A stretch of DNA of 64,000 nt from a virus. The position numbers and the translations under genes are program-made. The DNA lies in the IMG/VR virus record IMGVR_UViG_3300020185_004014, positions 2,620 through 66,619 of that record, one strand, 5' to 3'. Positions 45,865 through 57,547 of the stretch are shown piece by piece (position 1 is the stretch's first letter; every line of letters starts with the position of its first letter). Below the pieces are notes generated by a model that did no database searches, had not been told where the DNA came from, and saw nothing but the letters and a program-made list of their open reading frames with translations.

Positions 45865-46616
45865 TGATATCAAAAAATAAATTACAATCAGTTATCTCTA
45901 AGTACCATCTTGGGGGTAAAGTAGAATCAGTTAAGTGGGTAGTTGAAGGAAATACTTTAACTATTGATTTTATGGCTCCCACTAAAGATATGATAGGTAG
46001 AGTAATAGCATGGGAATTCCCCATTGCCCAAGATGGCACCCTGGCCATTTTTAATACCAGCCAACTTAACAGATTAATGGGGGTGTTAACCGGTGATTTA
46101 GTACTTGATGCTGAAAAAACTAAAGCAGTATTAACTAAACTAAACATCCAAGATGCTAAGTCTACTATTAACTATTCACTTGCTGATCCACTTATGATAC
46201 AAAAAGTAGGTGAAGTAGATGAAAATGTTGAATGGCAAGTAAACGCTACTCTTGAAAATGAAGATTTTCACACTTTTGTTAGAGCAGCAAATGCTATCCA
46301 AGGGAATGAAATTGTAGCCCTTACCCCTACAGAAGATATTGTGGGTAGCAATGTGCTTCAATTTACATTTGGTGAGCGAATGGAGTTTTCCAATAAAGTA
46401 GAATTCCATGTAGCTGCTAACTTTGAGGATAACGTTAGACAGGATAATAAAATCCCTTTCAGTAGCGAAATGTTACGAGAAGTATTTAATGCCAATAAAA
46501 CGTCAGATGAATGTCAACTAAGTTTTACGGATACTGGTCTTTTACGCCTTATATTTAGATCCGAAGATGAAAACATAGACTCTACATACTTCGTTGTACG
46601 AAAAGCAGATTATTAA
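45864..46616 (+). CDS. DNA sliding clamp (gp45/beta-clamp-like)
   Basis: 250 aa, coupled to PolB-C; GLLRLIF...STYFVVR C-terminus; clamp loader nearby. Confidence 0.7.
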   Translation: MISKNKLQSVISKYHLGGKVESVKWVVEGNTLTIDFMAPTKDMIGRVIAWEFPIAQDGTLAIFNTSQLNRLMGVLTGDLVLDAEKTKAVLTKLNIQDAKSTINYSLADPLMIQKVGEVDENVEWQVNATLENEDFHTFVRAANAIQGNEIVALTPTEDIVGSNVLQFTFGERMEFSNKVEFHVAANFEDNVRQDNKIPFSSEMLREVFNANKTSDECQLSFTDTGLLRLIFRSEDENIDSTYFVVRKADY

Positions 46617-46623
46617 TATTTAT
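46615..46623 (+). promoter_or_regulatory. AATATTTAT motif (candidate late promoter)
   Basis: 4 nt before ATG 46628. Confidence 0.4.
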
Positions 46624-46627
46624 TGAC

Positions 46628-46969
46628 ATGCAAAAAGAAGAAACAACATACGGGGAAATGGCATTTGGAACCCCTGCTTGGAAAGTAGGACCTATAGAAG
46701 GTTTTCTTAAAAGAAAATTCCCTAATGAAGATAAAGATATAGATGCTTTTTTATATAATGAAGCCCCTACAACAAATTCTGAAAGATTAGAATACAACGG
46801 GTTTTATAAAGGGTGGGATGGCTCAGATAGTGAAATTCAACCTTTAGAAATGACAGACCTAGAAGCAGAAGCTTATTTTGTTAAGGACTATAATAGGTTT
46901 AAAGAGGAAAAAAACCTAAACGAATGGACAAAGCGCCAATGGCAGCTTCGTGCAGGAATTATTAAATAA
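46628..46969 (+). CDS. hypothetical protein, candidate head-associated protein
   Basis: 113 aa, C-terminal LNEWTKRQWQLRAGIIK. Confidence 0.6.
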   Translation: MQKEETTYGEMAFGTPAWKVGPIEGFLKRKFPNEDKDIDAFLYNEAPTTNSERLEYNGFYKGWDGSDSEIQPLEMTDLEAEAYFVKDYNRFKEEKNLNEWTKRQWQLRAGIIK

Positions 46970-47001
46970 TTTGGTAATTTTCTAAAAGTTTCGTATATTT
47001 A
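46970..47001 (+). promoter_or_regulatory. sigma70-type promoter of hsp20
   Basis: TTTG-N20-TATATTTA with TTCG extension. Confidence 0.65.
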
Positions 47002-47006
47002 TTAGT

Positions 47007-47538
47007 GATCTTAGGACACCAATCTAGTTATCGTATTATTAACCGTCACCTTAGGGGACACAAAACAAAACAAAATGACACATTTAATGTTAAACCCGGA
47101 CTTTGCAAGTCCACTTGACGTACTCGTCAAAAACTTTTTCGACTCACAAGGCAAATTTGAAGCCCCAAGTCGCCCAAACGTAACACATCCCATTGATGTG
47201 TTTGAAGATGAAAACGGTCTTACACTCGAAGTAGCTTGTACCGGCATCGATAAAAAAGACGTAAAAATTAGTATTGAAGGAGATATCCTTAGACTTTCTT
47301 ATGATAAAGGAAAACCCATGCCTAAAAAGGAAGAAAATGGGGTCCGATACTATCATGCAGGTATTAAAAAAAGCAATTTTAATTTAGGCTGGAAAATCTC
47401 TCGTAGATTTAACCTAACCAAATCCAGTGCTGAAATGGTGAATGGTTTACTTGTACTTAGTATTCCTTTTGCTACTGAAGCAAAACCTAAATCAATTACT
47501 ATAAAGTAATCCACTTTAGGGTTGGTGTCCTGAAGATC
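47007..47538. repeat. imperfect inverted repeat bracketing hsp20 (arms 47007-47025 and 47519-47538)
   Basis: GATCTTAGGACACCAATCT pairs with GGGTTGGTGTCCTGAAGATC: 19 bp, one bulge, two G-U. Confidence 0.8.
47075..47509 (+). CDS. small heat-shock protein (Hsp20/alpha-crystallin)
   Basis: PIDVFE, GIDKKDVKISIEGDIL, AEMVNGLLVLSIP, PKSITIK (IxI motif). Confidence 0.92.
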   Translation: MTHLMLNPDFASPLDVLVKNFFDSQGKFEAPSRPNVTHPIDVFEDENGLTLEVACTGIDKKDVKISIEGDILRLSYDKGKPMPKKEENGVRYYHAGIKKSNFNLGWKISRRFNLTKSSAEMVNGLLVLSIPFATEAKPKSITIK

Positions 47539-47552
47539 CCTTCGTATATTCC
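47521..47552 (+). promoter_or_regulatory. sigma70-type promoter upstream of orf-groES-groEL
   Basis: GTTG-N20-TATATTCC with TTCG extension. Confidence 0.55.
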
Positions 47553-47575
47553 CGCATAAAGCAAAAATAAGTTAC

Positions 47576-47829
47576 ATGAATCACATCAAAGACCCCATTC
47601 TGGGAGAATATTTCATCCAAATTGATGATTACAATTACTCAGCGTTTAAAACTATTACGCCTGATAGTGGGATTACGTATGATCATAACATTGGTCATTT
47701 TTCTAGTTTAGGAAATGCCCTTAAAAGGATTGCCGAGCATAAAGTTCGTCAACAATCCTATAGTAGTATTAGAACTTATATTACTGAATTAAATAACATT
47801 TATAACGAATTTAAACAAAACTTTTTGTA

Positions 47830-47830
<1 letters not shown>
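47576..47830 (+). CDS. hypothetical protein
   Basis: 84 aa, coupled to groES. Confidence 0.65.
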
Positions 47831-49739
<1,909 letters not shown>

Positions 49740-49749
49740 TTTTAGCTAA

Positions 49750-50025
49750 ATGGCTGAATTTGAAACAATAGAGCAAAAGCAATTAATTGCTAAAAGAGTA
49801 CCCCCAGGGGATTCTTGGAAGTTGATGGACGACCCAAATGGGGTCGTCCACTCTTCCCTCACAGAAACTCTAGAGACATATTTCCAAAAGACTAAATTTA
49901 ATAAAGCATTTTATTTAGATCCTATTGGAAGTGCTTTGTATGCTGTAGATAGAGTAGAAATTGAGGTTGAGCAAGAACCAGTTAAGGAATATAGTTTTTA
50001 CGGAGAATTCAAACAAGGAAGATAA
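49750..50025 (+). CDS. hypothetical protein
   Basis: 91 aa, IAKRVPPGDSW. Confidence 0.65.
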   Translation: MAEFETIEQKQLIAKRVPPGDSWKLMDDPNGVVHSSLTETLETYFQKTKFNKAFYLDPIGSALYAVDRVEIEVEQEPVKEYSFYGEFKQGR

Positions 50026-50939
50026 TGGAAAATTCACTTTGGGTTGAAAAATATCGCCCTGATGTACTTACAAATTATGTAGGTAATGAACACTTAAAAA
50101 ACATTGTTAAGCGATATTTAGAAGAGAATGATATTCAAAATCTAATCTTCTATGGACCCGCTGGCACAGGAAAAACAACACTTGCTAAACTCCTTGTTAA
50201 AAATCTCGATTGTGAGCATCTTTATATTAATGCCAGTGATGAAAGAGGCATTGAGACTATTAGGGATAAAGTATCGGGGTTTGCTAGTACGATGTCGTTT
50301 AAACCACTTAAAGTGGTTATTTTGGATGAGGCTGATTTTCTTACTATCCAAGCGCAAGCTTCTCTCCGGAATGTTATTGAAACCTTTTCAAAGAGCACTA
50401 GGTTTATTTTAACTTGTAATTATGTAGAGCGTATTATTGACCCCCTACAATCCCGTTGCCAAGTACTTAAAATTGTACCCCCTAGTAAAGGTGAGGTTGC
50501 TAAACATATTTTTAGTATCCTTTCAAAGGAGAATGTACAACATAGTACAGACCACCTTAAAGATTTGGTAAATCAATACTACCCAGATGTACGTAAAATG
50601 CTTAACGTATGTCAGATGTCTGCTAAAGAGGGTGAACTTATTTTAGATAAACAAACCCTTGTATCTTCCAATTACATTGATAAAGTAATTGAATTGCTTC
50701 CTAATAAAAAATCATTTAAGCAAATTCGTCAAGTTATTGCCGATTCCAATGTAAATGATTTTGAAGCGCTATATAAAGCTTTATATGCGCGTATGGACGA
50801 GTATACATCACGCCCCGCAGAAGCTATTATTATTATTGAAGAATATATGTACCATTCAAATTTTCGTATTGATAAAGAGATAAATATAATGGCGTGTATT
50901 TCTAAACTACTTGAAGTCTCTGGTAAAGTTGTTATATAA
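50025..50939 (+). CDS. clamp loader AAA+ subunit (gp44/RFC-like)
   Basis: WVEKYRP, GPAGTGKTT, LDEAD, QSRC. Confidence 0.93.
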   Translation: MENSLWVEKYRPDVLTNYVGNEHLKNIVKRYLEENDIQNLIFYGPAGTGKTTLAKLLVKNLDCEHLYINASDERGIETIRDKVSGFASTMSFKPLKVVILDEADFLTIQAQASLRNVIETFSKSTRFILTCNYVERIIDPLQSRCQVLKIVPPSKGEVAKHIFSILSKENVQHSTDHLKDLVNQYYPDVRKMLNVCQMSAKEGELILDKQTLVSSNYIDKVIELLPNKKSFKQIRQVIADSNVNDFEALYKALYARMDEYTSRPAEAIIIIEEYMYHSNFRIDKEINIMACISKLLEVSGKVVI

Positions 50940-51141
50940 AGATTTAATACAATTTGGAGACCGAACATTTCTATTGTATCGTACCGTTAAGGTTACAGAT
51001 AAAATAGAACCTAACACACTAAAAGAACATTGGCACTGTGATACGGTGCTAAAAAAAGAAAACTTATACTATTTTTGTAACGAAATTAAAGAAATAAACT
51101 ATGAAGAAATCAGACATGACAACCCAACAACCACAACTTGA
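50911..51141 (+). CDS. hypothetical protein
   Basis: 76 aa, fills the gap between overlapping neighbours; start uncertain. Confidence 0.55.
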   Translation: MKSLVKLLYKDLIQFGDRTFLLYRTVKVTDKIEPNTLKEHWHCDTVLKKENLYYFCNEIKEINYEEIRHDNPTTTT

Positions 51142-51343
51142 TTTGGGCAAAACCACTTCCATTACAACCGAATCTGGAGGTGAAATTTTTAAGCAAGGAT
51201 TCATCCTGCGCAAAGTATCCCGTTTCATCACAGGTGGAGAAGACGCTGTCCTCCCCATTCCAGTATTTTATGATGGGGAAACAGGTAAAATCTACTCAGA
51301 AACTCTCCCACCTGAATTGAGAGACGAGTATGACACTTTTTGA
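51101..51343 (+). CDS. hypothetical protein
   Basis: 80 aa, FILRKVSRF...PIPVF; start may be 51116. Confidence 0.65.
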   Translation: MKKSDMTTQQPQLDLGKTTSITTESGGEIFKQGFILRKVSRFITGGEDAVLPIPVFYDGETGKIYSETLPPELRDEYDTF

Positions 51344-51740
51344 TTGGCTCAAAGAGCTAACAGGTAAAAAACGAGATTGGGACTCCTTCACCGATAAGGA
51401 GAAGGAGTCCTTTAATCCTTATATGGTTAATAGATTTATATCTATGCATCAACCATTTGCTGAATTAGCAAATTACGTACAAACTATACCTTATACTGAA
51501 AAAGAAAAATATTATAAGGTGTATTGTGGTTTACTTCCCAAACAAAATGTTTGGTTAAAATATATTAAATCAAGTATGAAACAACCTAATAAAAAATTGT
51601 TAGAAACAATTGCTTCTTTATATGAGGTTTCTACTGCTCAAGCAGTGGATTGGGTAAATATACTTGATAAAAAGTACATTAAAGAAGCTTTACAACAACA
51701 AGGCTTACAAAAAGATGAAATCAAAGAATTATTTAAATAA
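51330..51740 (+). CDS. clamp loader small subunit (gp62-like)
   Basis: LFDWL, FNPYMVNRFIS, WLKYIK. Confidence 0.7.
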   Translation: MTLFDWLKELTGKKRDWDSFTDKEKESFNPYMVNRFISMHQPFAELANYVQTIPYTEKEKYYKVYCGLLPKQNVWLKYIKSSMKQPNKKLLETIASLYEVSTAQAVDWVNILDKKYIKEALQQQGLQKDEIKELFK

Positions 51741-51743
51741 AAA

Positions 51744-52472
51744 ATGACAACTTTAGCACTACCTACTTATAATTCTTCCCCTATACTTTGGCTCCAACTA
51801 GAAAGTCTTTGTAGGCAAGAAACCCAATATGAATGGGAACTTATAGTTTGTGAAGATCCCTCTAAACATTATGCTGGGGAATCTTATTTAGATTCTTATA
51901 GATATAAGTTAGAAAAAGCAGGATGTAAACAAATCACCTACATCAGTTTAGATAGGTGGGTTCCTTTAAGTTATAAATGGAAATTATTAGCTTCTTTAGC
52001 AGAAGGGGATAATTTTTTATTAGTTGCTTCTGATAATTATTCTCCTCCTAATAGGATTGAAACTACAGTAGAATATTTAAAATCTTATGATTGGGTAGAT
52101 TGGTCTCACGGAGTATTTTTAGATTTAGATAGTGGAAAATCAGCAAAGTGGAATAGACCAAACTCCTCTTTAACAGGATTATATATGGGTACTAAAACCA
52201 AATTTATAAAACCCCTTCAAGGTCCCTATCCTAAAAAAAATATTGATAATTGGATAAGAAACCAACAAAAAATAAATAATAGAAAATCCATAGAAGAAAC
52301 CCCTCAAGGAATTCATACGGATGGAGCTAATCAAATATCTTTAAATAGGAAGAAATTATACGATGATCTTGCTTTTTTTACTCGATATTGGTCTAATCTG
52401 GATAATCTTATCCCCCAAGAAGTTATTACTAAATTAAAATTTAATTTTCCTAAAATAAGAACTAATGGATAG
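51744..52472 (+). CDS. GT2-like glycosyltransferase (divergent)
   Basis: LALPTYN, LESLCRQ, WELIVCED, ASDNYS in place of DxD. Confidence 0.65.
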   Translation: MTTLALPTYNSSPILWLQLESLCRQETQYEWELIVCEDPSKHYAGESYLDSYRYKLEKAGCKQITYISLDRWVPLSYKWKLLASLAEGDNFLLVASDNYSPPNRIETTVEYLKSYDWVDWSHGVFLDLDSGKSAKWNRPNSSLTGLYMGTKTKFIKPLQGPYPKKNIDNWIRNQQKINNRKSIEETPQGIHTDGANQISLNRKKLYDDLAFFTRYWSNLDNLIPQEVITKLKFNFPKIRTNG

Positions 52473-52665
52473 TATTGTAAAATCAGTTATAGAACAATTT
52501 ACTAAACGAGCAGAGTTTGGTAAAGAAAAGTATGGTGTTGATTTGGATAGAGAGGATTTAGTATTTGGGGAATGGGTTACTCATATGAAAGAGGAACTTA
52601 TGGACGCTATACTTTATTTAGAAAAATTAGAAAAATTATATAATAATGGGAAAAGAACAGAATAA
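52465..52665 (+). CDS. small MazG-like helical protein
   Basis: GKEKYG...EELMDAILY. Confidence 0.55.
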   Translation: MDSIVKSVIEQFTKRAEFGKEKYGVDLDREDLVFGEWVTHMKEELMDAILYLEKLEKLYNNGKRTE

Positions 52666-53206
52666 TAAATGGTATAATACTGCATTTAAAAATTCACACA
52701 GTTATCATCAATCTTGGGATAAAGTAAATCCTTCTTATAAAATCTTATGGGAAAAGTCTATTGATCTTCTTATCCAAAATAATATTAAGAATATTTTAGA
52801 TATAGGATGTGGGATGGGGCAAATGGCTGAATTAGCCCATACCCATAACATCCAATATAAAGGTATAGATTTCTCAGAGTATGCTATTGAATTTTGCAAA
52901 AATAAAAATTACCTAAACCAAACTTTTGAAGTAGCTGATGCTTTAAAATATAATTATAAAGATGAAATAGAAGGCTATACAACCCATGAATTTTTGGAAC
53001 ATATTAAAGGTGACCTTCAAGTATTAGATAATTTAAAACCTAACAAATTTATTTTGCTTTCAGTCCCTAACTTTGATAGTGCAGGTCATGTTAGATGGTT
53101 TATAGATATAAAAAATGTCCAAGATAGATATTCTCCATATATTAAAAATTTCATTGTTGAAAAAGTTACACCACAACATTATCTTGGGTGGGGATATACC
53201 ATATAA
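52646..53206 (+). CDS. class I SAM-dependent methyltransferase
   Basis: ILDIGCGMG, GIDFS, EFLEHI, SVPN. Confidence 0.88.
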   Translation: MGKEQNNKWYNTAFKNSHSYHQSWDKVNPSYKILWEKSIDLLIQNNIKNILDIGCGMGQMAELAHTHNIQYKGIDFSEYAIEFCKNKNYLNQTFEVADALKYNYKDEIEGYTTHEFLEHIKGDLQVLDNLKPNKFILLSVPNFDSAGHVRWFIDIKNVQDRYSPYIKNFIVEKVTPQHYLGWGYTI

Positions 53207-53208
53207 GA

Positions 53209-54144
53209 ATGACTAAAAAACCCCAAATACTTAAGGAGATACAAAATAAGGAATTGCCTGAGGTAAATTATGCTTACCAAAAAACAATTTCTTACTCCCA
53301 AATGTCAATGTACAGGAGTTGCCCACACAAGTGGGCACTTCAGTATAAAGATGGACATTACCAGAATGAGCAATCTATTCATTTTACTTTTGGTACTGCT
53401 ATGCATGAAGTAATCCAAGATTGGCTTACAGTATTATATGAGCAGTCAGGGGTAAAAGCAGATGCTATAGATTTAGAGGAACAATTTCAAGAAAAATTCA
53501 TAGGATTATATAAAGAAGGTTATACTAAAAACAAGGACACTCACTACTCATCCCCAGAGGAATTACGTGAATTTTTTGAAGATGGAGTAGCCATACTTGA
53601 CTTTTTAAAAAAGAAACGTAAACATTACTTTAGAAACCGGGGTTGGCATCTTGCAGGCATCGAATTACCTATTGTAATGAACGTTGGTAACAATTTGGTA
53701 TACAAGGGCTTTATTGACCTCGTATTATACCATGAACCCACAAATAAATTTTATGTATACGATATAAAAACGTCTACTAGAGGATGGAATGTTAAAGCTA
53801 AGTCTGATGAAACTAAACAGATGCAGCTTGTACTTTACAAAAAGTTTTTTAATGAACAGTATGGGATCCCACTTGAAAATATAGAAGTAGAATTTTTTAT
53901 TGTACGTAGAAAAGTATGGGAAAGCAGTGAATACCCCATTCATAGAGTACAACTCCATAGACCGGCTGCAGGTAGAAATAAGCTAAGAAAAGCGGATCGC
54001 ATATTAGAAGAATTTATTAGTGATTGTTTTACCCCTAAGGGAAAATATCAAGATAAAGAACACCCCAAAGTAGTATCATCTATGTGTAAGTGGTGCCCTT
54101 TTAATGATAATAAAGAATTATGCAATAAACACGTATCTTCTTGA
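53209..54144 (+). CDS. PD-(D/E)XK exonuclease (Cas4/AddB-like, probable Fe-S)
   Basis: SYSQ...CP, FGTAMHE, GFID, DIKT, QLVLY, CKWCPF...C; ATG 53209. Confidence 0.85.
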   Translation: MTKKPQILKEIQNKELPEVNYAYQKTISYSQMSMYRSCPHKWALQYKDGHYQNEQSIHFTFGTAMHEVIQDWLTVLYEQSGVKADAIDLEEQFQEKFIGLYKEGYTKNKDTHYSSPEELREFFEDGVAILDFLKKKRKHYFRNRGWHLAGIELPIVMNVGNNLVYKGFIDLVLYHEPTNKFYVYDIKTSTRGWNVKAKSDETKQMQLVLYKKFFNEQYGIPLENIEVEFFIVRRKVWESSEYPIHRVQLHRPAAGRNKLRKADRILEEFISDCFTPKGKYQDKEHPKVVSSMCKWCPFNDNKELCNKHVSS

Positions 54145-54151
54145 CTCCATA

Positions 54152-54160
54152 CATATTTAT
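54152..54160 (+). promoter_or_regulatory. CATATTTAT motif (candidate late promoter)
   Basis: Intergenic, upstream of ATG 54188. Confidence 0.4.
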
Positions 54161-54187
54161 ATACGCAAATTATATAAAATATACATT

Positions 54188-54376
54188 ATGAGTAAAAAAG
54201 ATTTAACATTAACAAGCGTAAAAATCCAAAGTGATTTATTTGAAGAGTTTAAAGTAGCATGTGTTAGACATAAGTTTTCTTTCCAAAAACTTGCTGACCG
54301 ATGTGTTCATTTGTACCTTACAGACGAGGACTTTAAACGACAAGTTCACAATCACATTAATTTAGATTTAAAATAA
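54188..54376 (+). CDS. ribbon-helix-helix-like small DNA-binding protein
   Basis: LTSVKI strand followed by two helices (DLFEEFK, SFQKLADRCVHLYL). Confidence 0.6.
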   Translation: MSKKDLTLTSVKIQSDLFEEFKVACVRHKFSFQKLADRCVHLYLTDEDFKRQVHNHINLDLK

Positions 54377-54385
54377 AAATAAAAA

Positions 54386-55837
54386 ATGGTTACGAAAATG
54401 AAAGGATATGTTCCCAAAGAGGAACGTAAAAAAATACTTCTGATGTGCGATGACATTAGAACCCATTCAGGGATAGCAACTGTTGCTAAAGAAATAGTAC
54501 TTCACACTGCACATAAGTATAACTATTTAAACATAGGGGCAGCTATCAAACACCCAGAAGCGGGTCAAAGACTTACTTTGAACTCTGATATATCTCAAGC
54601 CACAGGCATTCCAGATCCTTCTGTAGAAGTAATCCCTAATGATGGTTATGGGAACCCAGATTTATTGAGGCAACTCATTAAGCATGAGAAACCTGATGCC
54701 ATTTTTATAATTACAGATCCTAGATATTGGACTTGGTTGTTTCAAATGGAAAATGAAATTAGGAAACATACCCCTATAATTTATCTAAATATTTGGGATG
54801 ATTATCCTGCTCCTTTATATAATAAGGAATATTATGAATCATGTGATTTATTAATGGGTATCTCTAAACAAACTGTTAATATTAATAAGTTGGTATTAGG
54901 GGATAAAGCAGAAAATAAGATTATTTCCTATGTACCCCATGGATTAAATGATAAAGCATTTTATCCCATTGACGAGTCCCATGCTGAGTATGATAAACTT
55001 AAAAAATTTAAAACTGAATTATTTAAGGGTAAAGAATATGAGTACGTAGTCCATTTTAATTCTAGAAACATTAGAAGAAAACAAATTCCTGATACCATAT
55101 GGGCTTATAAGCAATTCATAGATAGACTAACTTTAGACCAAGCCCAAAAATGTGCCATGGTTTTACACACACAAGTTGTAGACAACAATGGAACTAATTT
55201 AAAGGCTGTAGTAGAAATGCTTTGTGGGGATGATGAGAAATACAACATTATCTTCTCAGAAAAAAAACTCCCAACTGCCCAGATGAATTATTTATATAAT
55301 TCTACTGATGTACAAATCCAACTTACTTCTAATGAAGGTTGGGGTCTAAGTTTAACTGAAGCTTTACTTGTAGGTAATCCTATTATAGCCAATGTTACAG
55401 GAGGGATGCAAGACCAAATGCGTTTTATTGATGAAAAGGGAGAATGGTTTACACCTAGTAAGGAAGTCCCCTCTAACCATAGAGGTACTTATAAACAGCA
55501 TGGTAAGTGGGCTTTCCCAGTCTTCCCCACTAATATCTCTATTCAAGGATCAGTTCCTACCCCCTATATTTTTGATGACAGATGCAACGCCTCAGATGCA
55601 GCGGACAGTATTTCTGAAGTTTGGGAAATGGGTTCTGTAGAAAGAAAATTTAGGGGAAATTCAGGAAGAGAATGGGCTTTAGGAGAAGAAGCAGGATTTA
55701 CTTCTGAAAAGATGGGCTATAGAGTTATAGATAACATTGAACGTTTATTTACCACCTGGAAACCCCGAGAAAAATACGAATTAATTAAGATAGAAGCTGG
55801 GAAGCCTAAGAAAATGTTACATACCTTAGAATACTAA
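54386..55837 (+). CDS. GT4 (GT-B) glycosyltransferase
   Basis: SGIATV, VPHGL, NIRRKQ, NEGWGLSLTEA, GGMQD. Confidence 0.88.
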   Translation: MVTKMKGYVPKEERKKILLMCDDIRTHSGIATVAKEIVLHTAHKYNYLNIGAAIKHPEAGQRLTLNSDISQATGIPDPSVEVIPNDGYGNPDLLRQLIKHEKPDAIFIITDPRYWTWLFQMENEIRKHTPIIYLNIWDDYPAPLYNKEYYESCDLLMGISKQTVNINKLVLGDKAENKIISYVPHGLNDKAFYPIDESHAEYDKLKKFKTELFKGKEYEYVVHFNSRNIRRKQIPDTIWAYKQFIDRLTLDQAQKCAMVLHTQVVDNNGTNLKAVVEMLCGDDEKYNIIFSEKKLPTAQMNYLYNSTDVQIQLTSNEGWGLSLTEALLVGNPIIANVTGGMQDQMRFIDEKGEWFTPSKEVPSNHRGTYKQHGKWAFPVFPTNISIQGSVPTPYIFDDRCNASDAADSISEVWEMGSVERKFRGNSGREWALGEEAGFTSEKMGYRVIDNIERLFTTWKPREKYELIKIEAGKPKKMLHTLEY

Positions 55838-55842
55838 TAAAA

Positions 55843-57129
55843 ATGGAAATAAGACCACTATTTATAATAAGCTGCCCTATTGATACCTATTCGGGTTATG
55901 GAGCACGCTCTCGAGATTTAGTTAAAGCTATTATTAGCTTTGGTAAATATAATGTACAAATCCTTCCCCAAAGATGGGGAAATTGTCCTTGGGGATTTAT
56001 TGAGGATCACCCCGAAGATTGGGGATTCCTTACCCCTCACCTTCTCCCCCCTGTAAACCAACTCCCATCAAAACCTGCGGTTTGGGCCCAAATTTCAGTA
56101 CCTAATGAATTCCAGCCTATGGGGGAATATAATATAGGATTTACTGCAGGTATTGAAACTACGGTTTGTGATCCTAAATGGATTGAGGGGTTAAATAGAA
56201 TGGATGTTAATTTTGTTTCTTCAGAACACTCAAAAAAGATTTTCCAAGATAGTAAATTTGAAAAAAGAGATCCTAGAACTGAAACTACAGTAGGTAGCAT
56301 TGAGTTAGAAAAACCTGTAGAAGTATTGTTGGAAGGGGCAAATTTATCTACTTATTTACCTAAATCTTCTACTTTCAATTTAGATTCTGTAGAAGAAGAT
56401 TTTGCTTACTTATTTATGGGCCATTGGATGTCAGGGGCTATAGGAGAAGATAGAAAAAATGTAGGAATGTTAGTCCATTCATTTTTAGAAACTTTTAAAA
56501 ATAAAAAGAAATGCCCTGCTTTAATATTAAAAACAAGTGGTGCAGGTTCTTCTTATATGGATAGAGAATCTATTATTGATAAAATTGATTTTATTAGGAA
56601 TAATGTTAAAGATGCTCGTTCCCTTCCCAATATTTACCTTTTACATGGAGAATTTACTGATAAAGAAATAAATGAACTTTATAACCATAAAAAGATAAAA
56701 GCTTTAGTTAGTTTAACTAAAGGAGAGGGATTTGGTAGGCCTTTACTTGAATTTAGTTTAACCAAAAAACCCATTATTACGACAAACTGGTCAGGTCATC
56801 TAGACTTCTTATCCCCAGAATTTACTACTTTAATTAATGGGGAATTAAAACCAGTCCATCAATCTGCACTTGTTCCAAATATAATTTTACCTGAAAGCCA
56901 ATGGTTTTCTCCTAACGTGTATGAATTTATGCACTACTTAAAAGATATGTTTGAGGATTATAAACCCTATAAGGAAAAAGCAACACGTCAAGCCTATAAA
57001 AGTAAAACAGAATTTAGTTATGAAATAATGGAATCCAAACTTCATAACTTTATTAAAAACGCCATCCCAGCTTCCCCCACACAAATCAAATTGAAATTAC
57101 CCAAACTCAAAAAATTAGAAAATGTCTAA
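55843..57129 (+). CDS. GT4 (GT-B) glycosyltransferase
   Basis: SGYG, DRKN, GEGFGRPLLEF, WSGHLDF. Confidence 0.88.
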   Translation: MEIRPLFIISCPIDTYSGYGARSRDLVKAIISFGKYNVQILPQRWGNCPWGFIEDHPEDWGFLTPHLLPPVNQLPSKPAVWAQISVPNEFQPMGEYNIGFTAGIETTVCDPKWIEGLNRMDVNFVSSEHSKKIFQDSKFEKRDPRTETTVGSIELEKPVEVLLEGANLSTYLPKSSTFNLDSVEEDFAYLFMGHWMSGAIGEDRKNVGMLVHSFLETFKNKKKCPALILKTSGAGSSYMDRESIIDKIDFIRNNVKDARSLPNIYLLHGEFTDKEINELYNHKKIKALVSLTKGEGFGRPLLEFSLTKKPIITTNWSGHLDFLSPEFTTLINGELKPVHQSALVPNIILPESQWFSPNVYEFMHYLKDMFEDYKPYKEKATRQAYKSKTEFSYEIMESKLHNFIKNAIPASPTQIKLKLPKLKKLENV

Positions 57130-57547
57130 GGATAAATTAACAATATGCCCCCGTTGTGGAAGTGATGCTTGCTATGAACAAGATATGGGATCTGATTATG
57201 TTATAAATCTATGTTATGGGTGTGGGTTTACCACTAATACCCTTATGCATTCTGAAAGTAAATTTTTAGAGGAACAAATAGAAGTACTCCCGGAGTTATA
57301 TAAAGATCTTATTTATGTAAGTGATGACGGATTAAATTGGATGCCCTCTGCTGTAAATAACCCTGAAAAAGGGATGGTATATGCTGATGGGAAAAACCCC
57401 AAAGAGTGGAAGTGGGCAGCTGTAAAAGCCTTATCAAATGATGGGGATAAGCCTAAAATGGACATGAAAAATTTAAAACACTTTAGTGAAAAAGACTATA
57501 TGGAAGCTTTAGATTATATTGGGATGTTTGAAAAAGTAAAAAAATGA
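57122..57547 (+). CDS. zinc-ribbon protein
   Basis: CPRCG...CYGCG. Confidence 0.65.
   Translation: MSKDKLTICPRCGSDACYEQDMGSDYVINLCYGCGFTTNTLMHSESKFLEEQIEVLPELYKDLIYVSDDGLNWMPSAVNNPEKGMVYADGKNPKEWKWAAVKALSNDGDKPKMDMKNLKHFSEKDYMEALDYIGMFEKVKK

Noticed and set aside
47011-47533. CIRCE-like half sites (TTAGGACAC ... GTGTCCTGA) around hsp20
   Set aside because: CIRCE needs a 9-nt spacer; these arms are about 500 nt apart and match only 7/9 and 6/9.
47007-47538. hsp20 as a MITE or IS with terminal inverted repeats
   Set aside because: No transposase, no target-site duplication seen, and the mismatches are G-U compatible, which points to RNA pairing.
53209-54144. Cas4-like gene as sign of a CRISPR system
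   Set aside because: No repeat-spacer array or other cas genes; stand-alone Cas4-like nucleases are common in phages.
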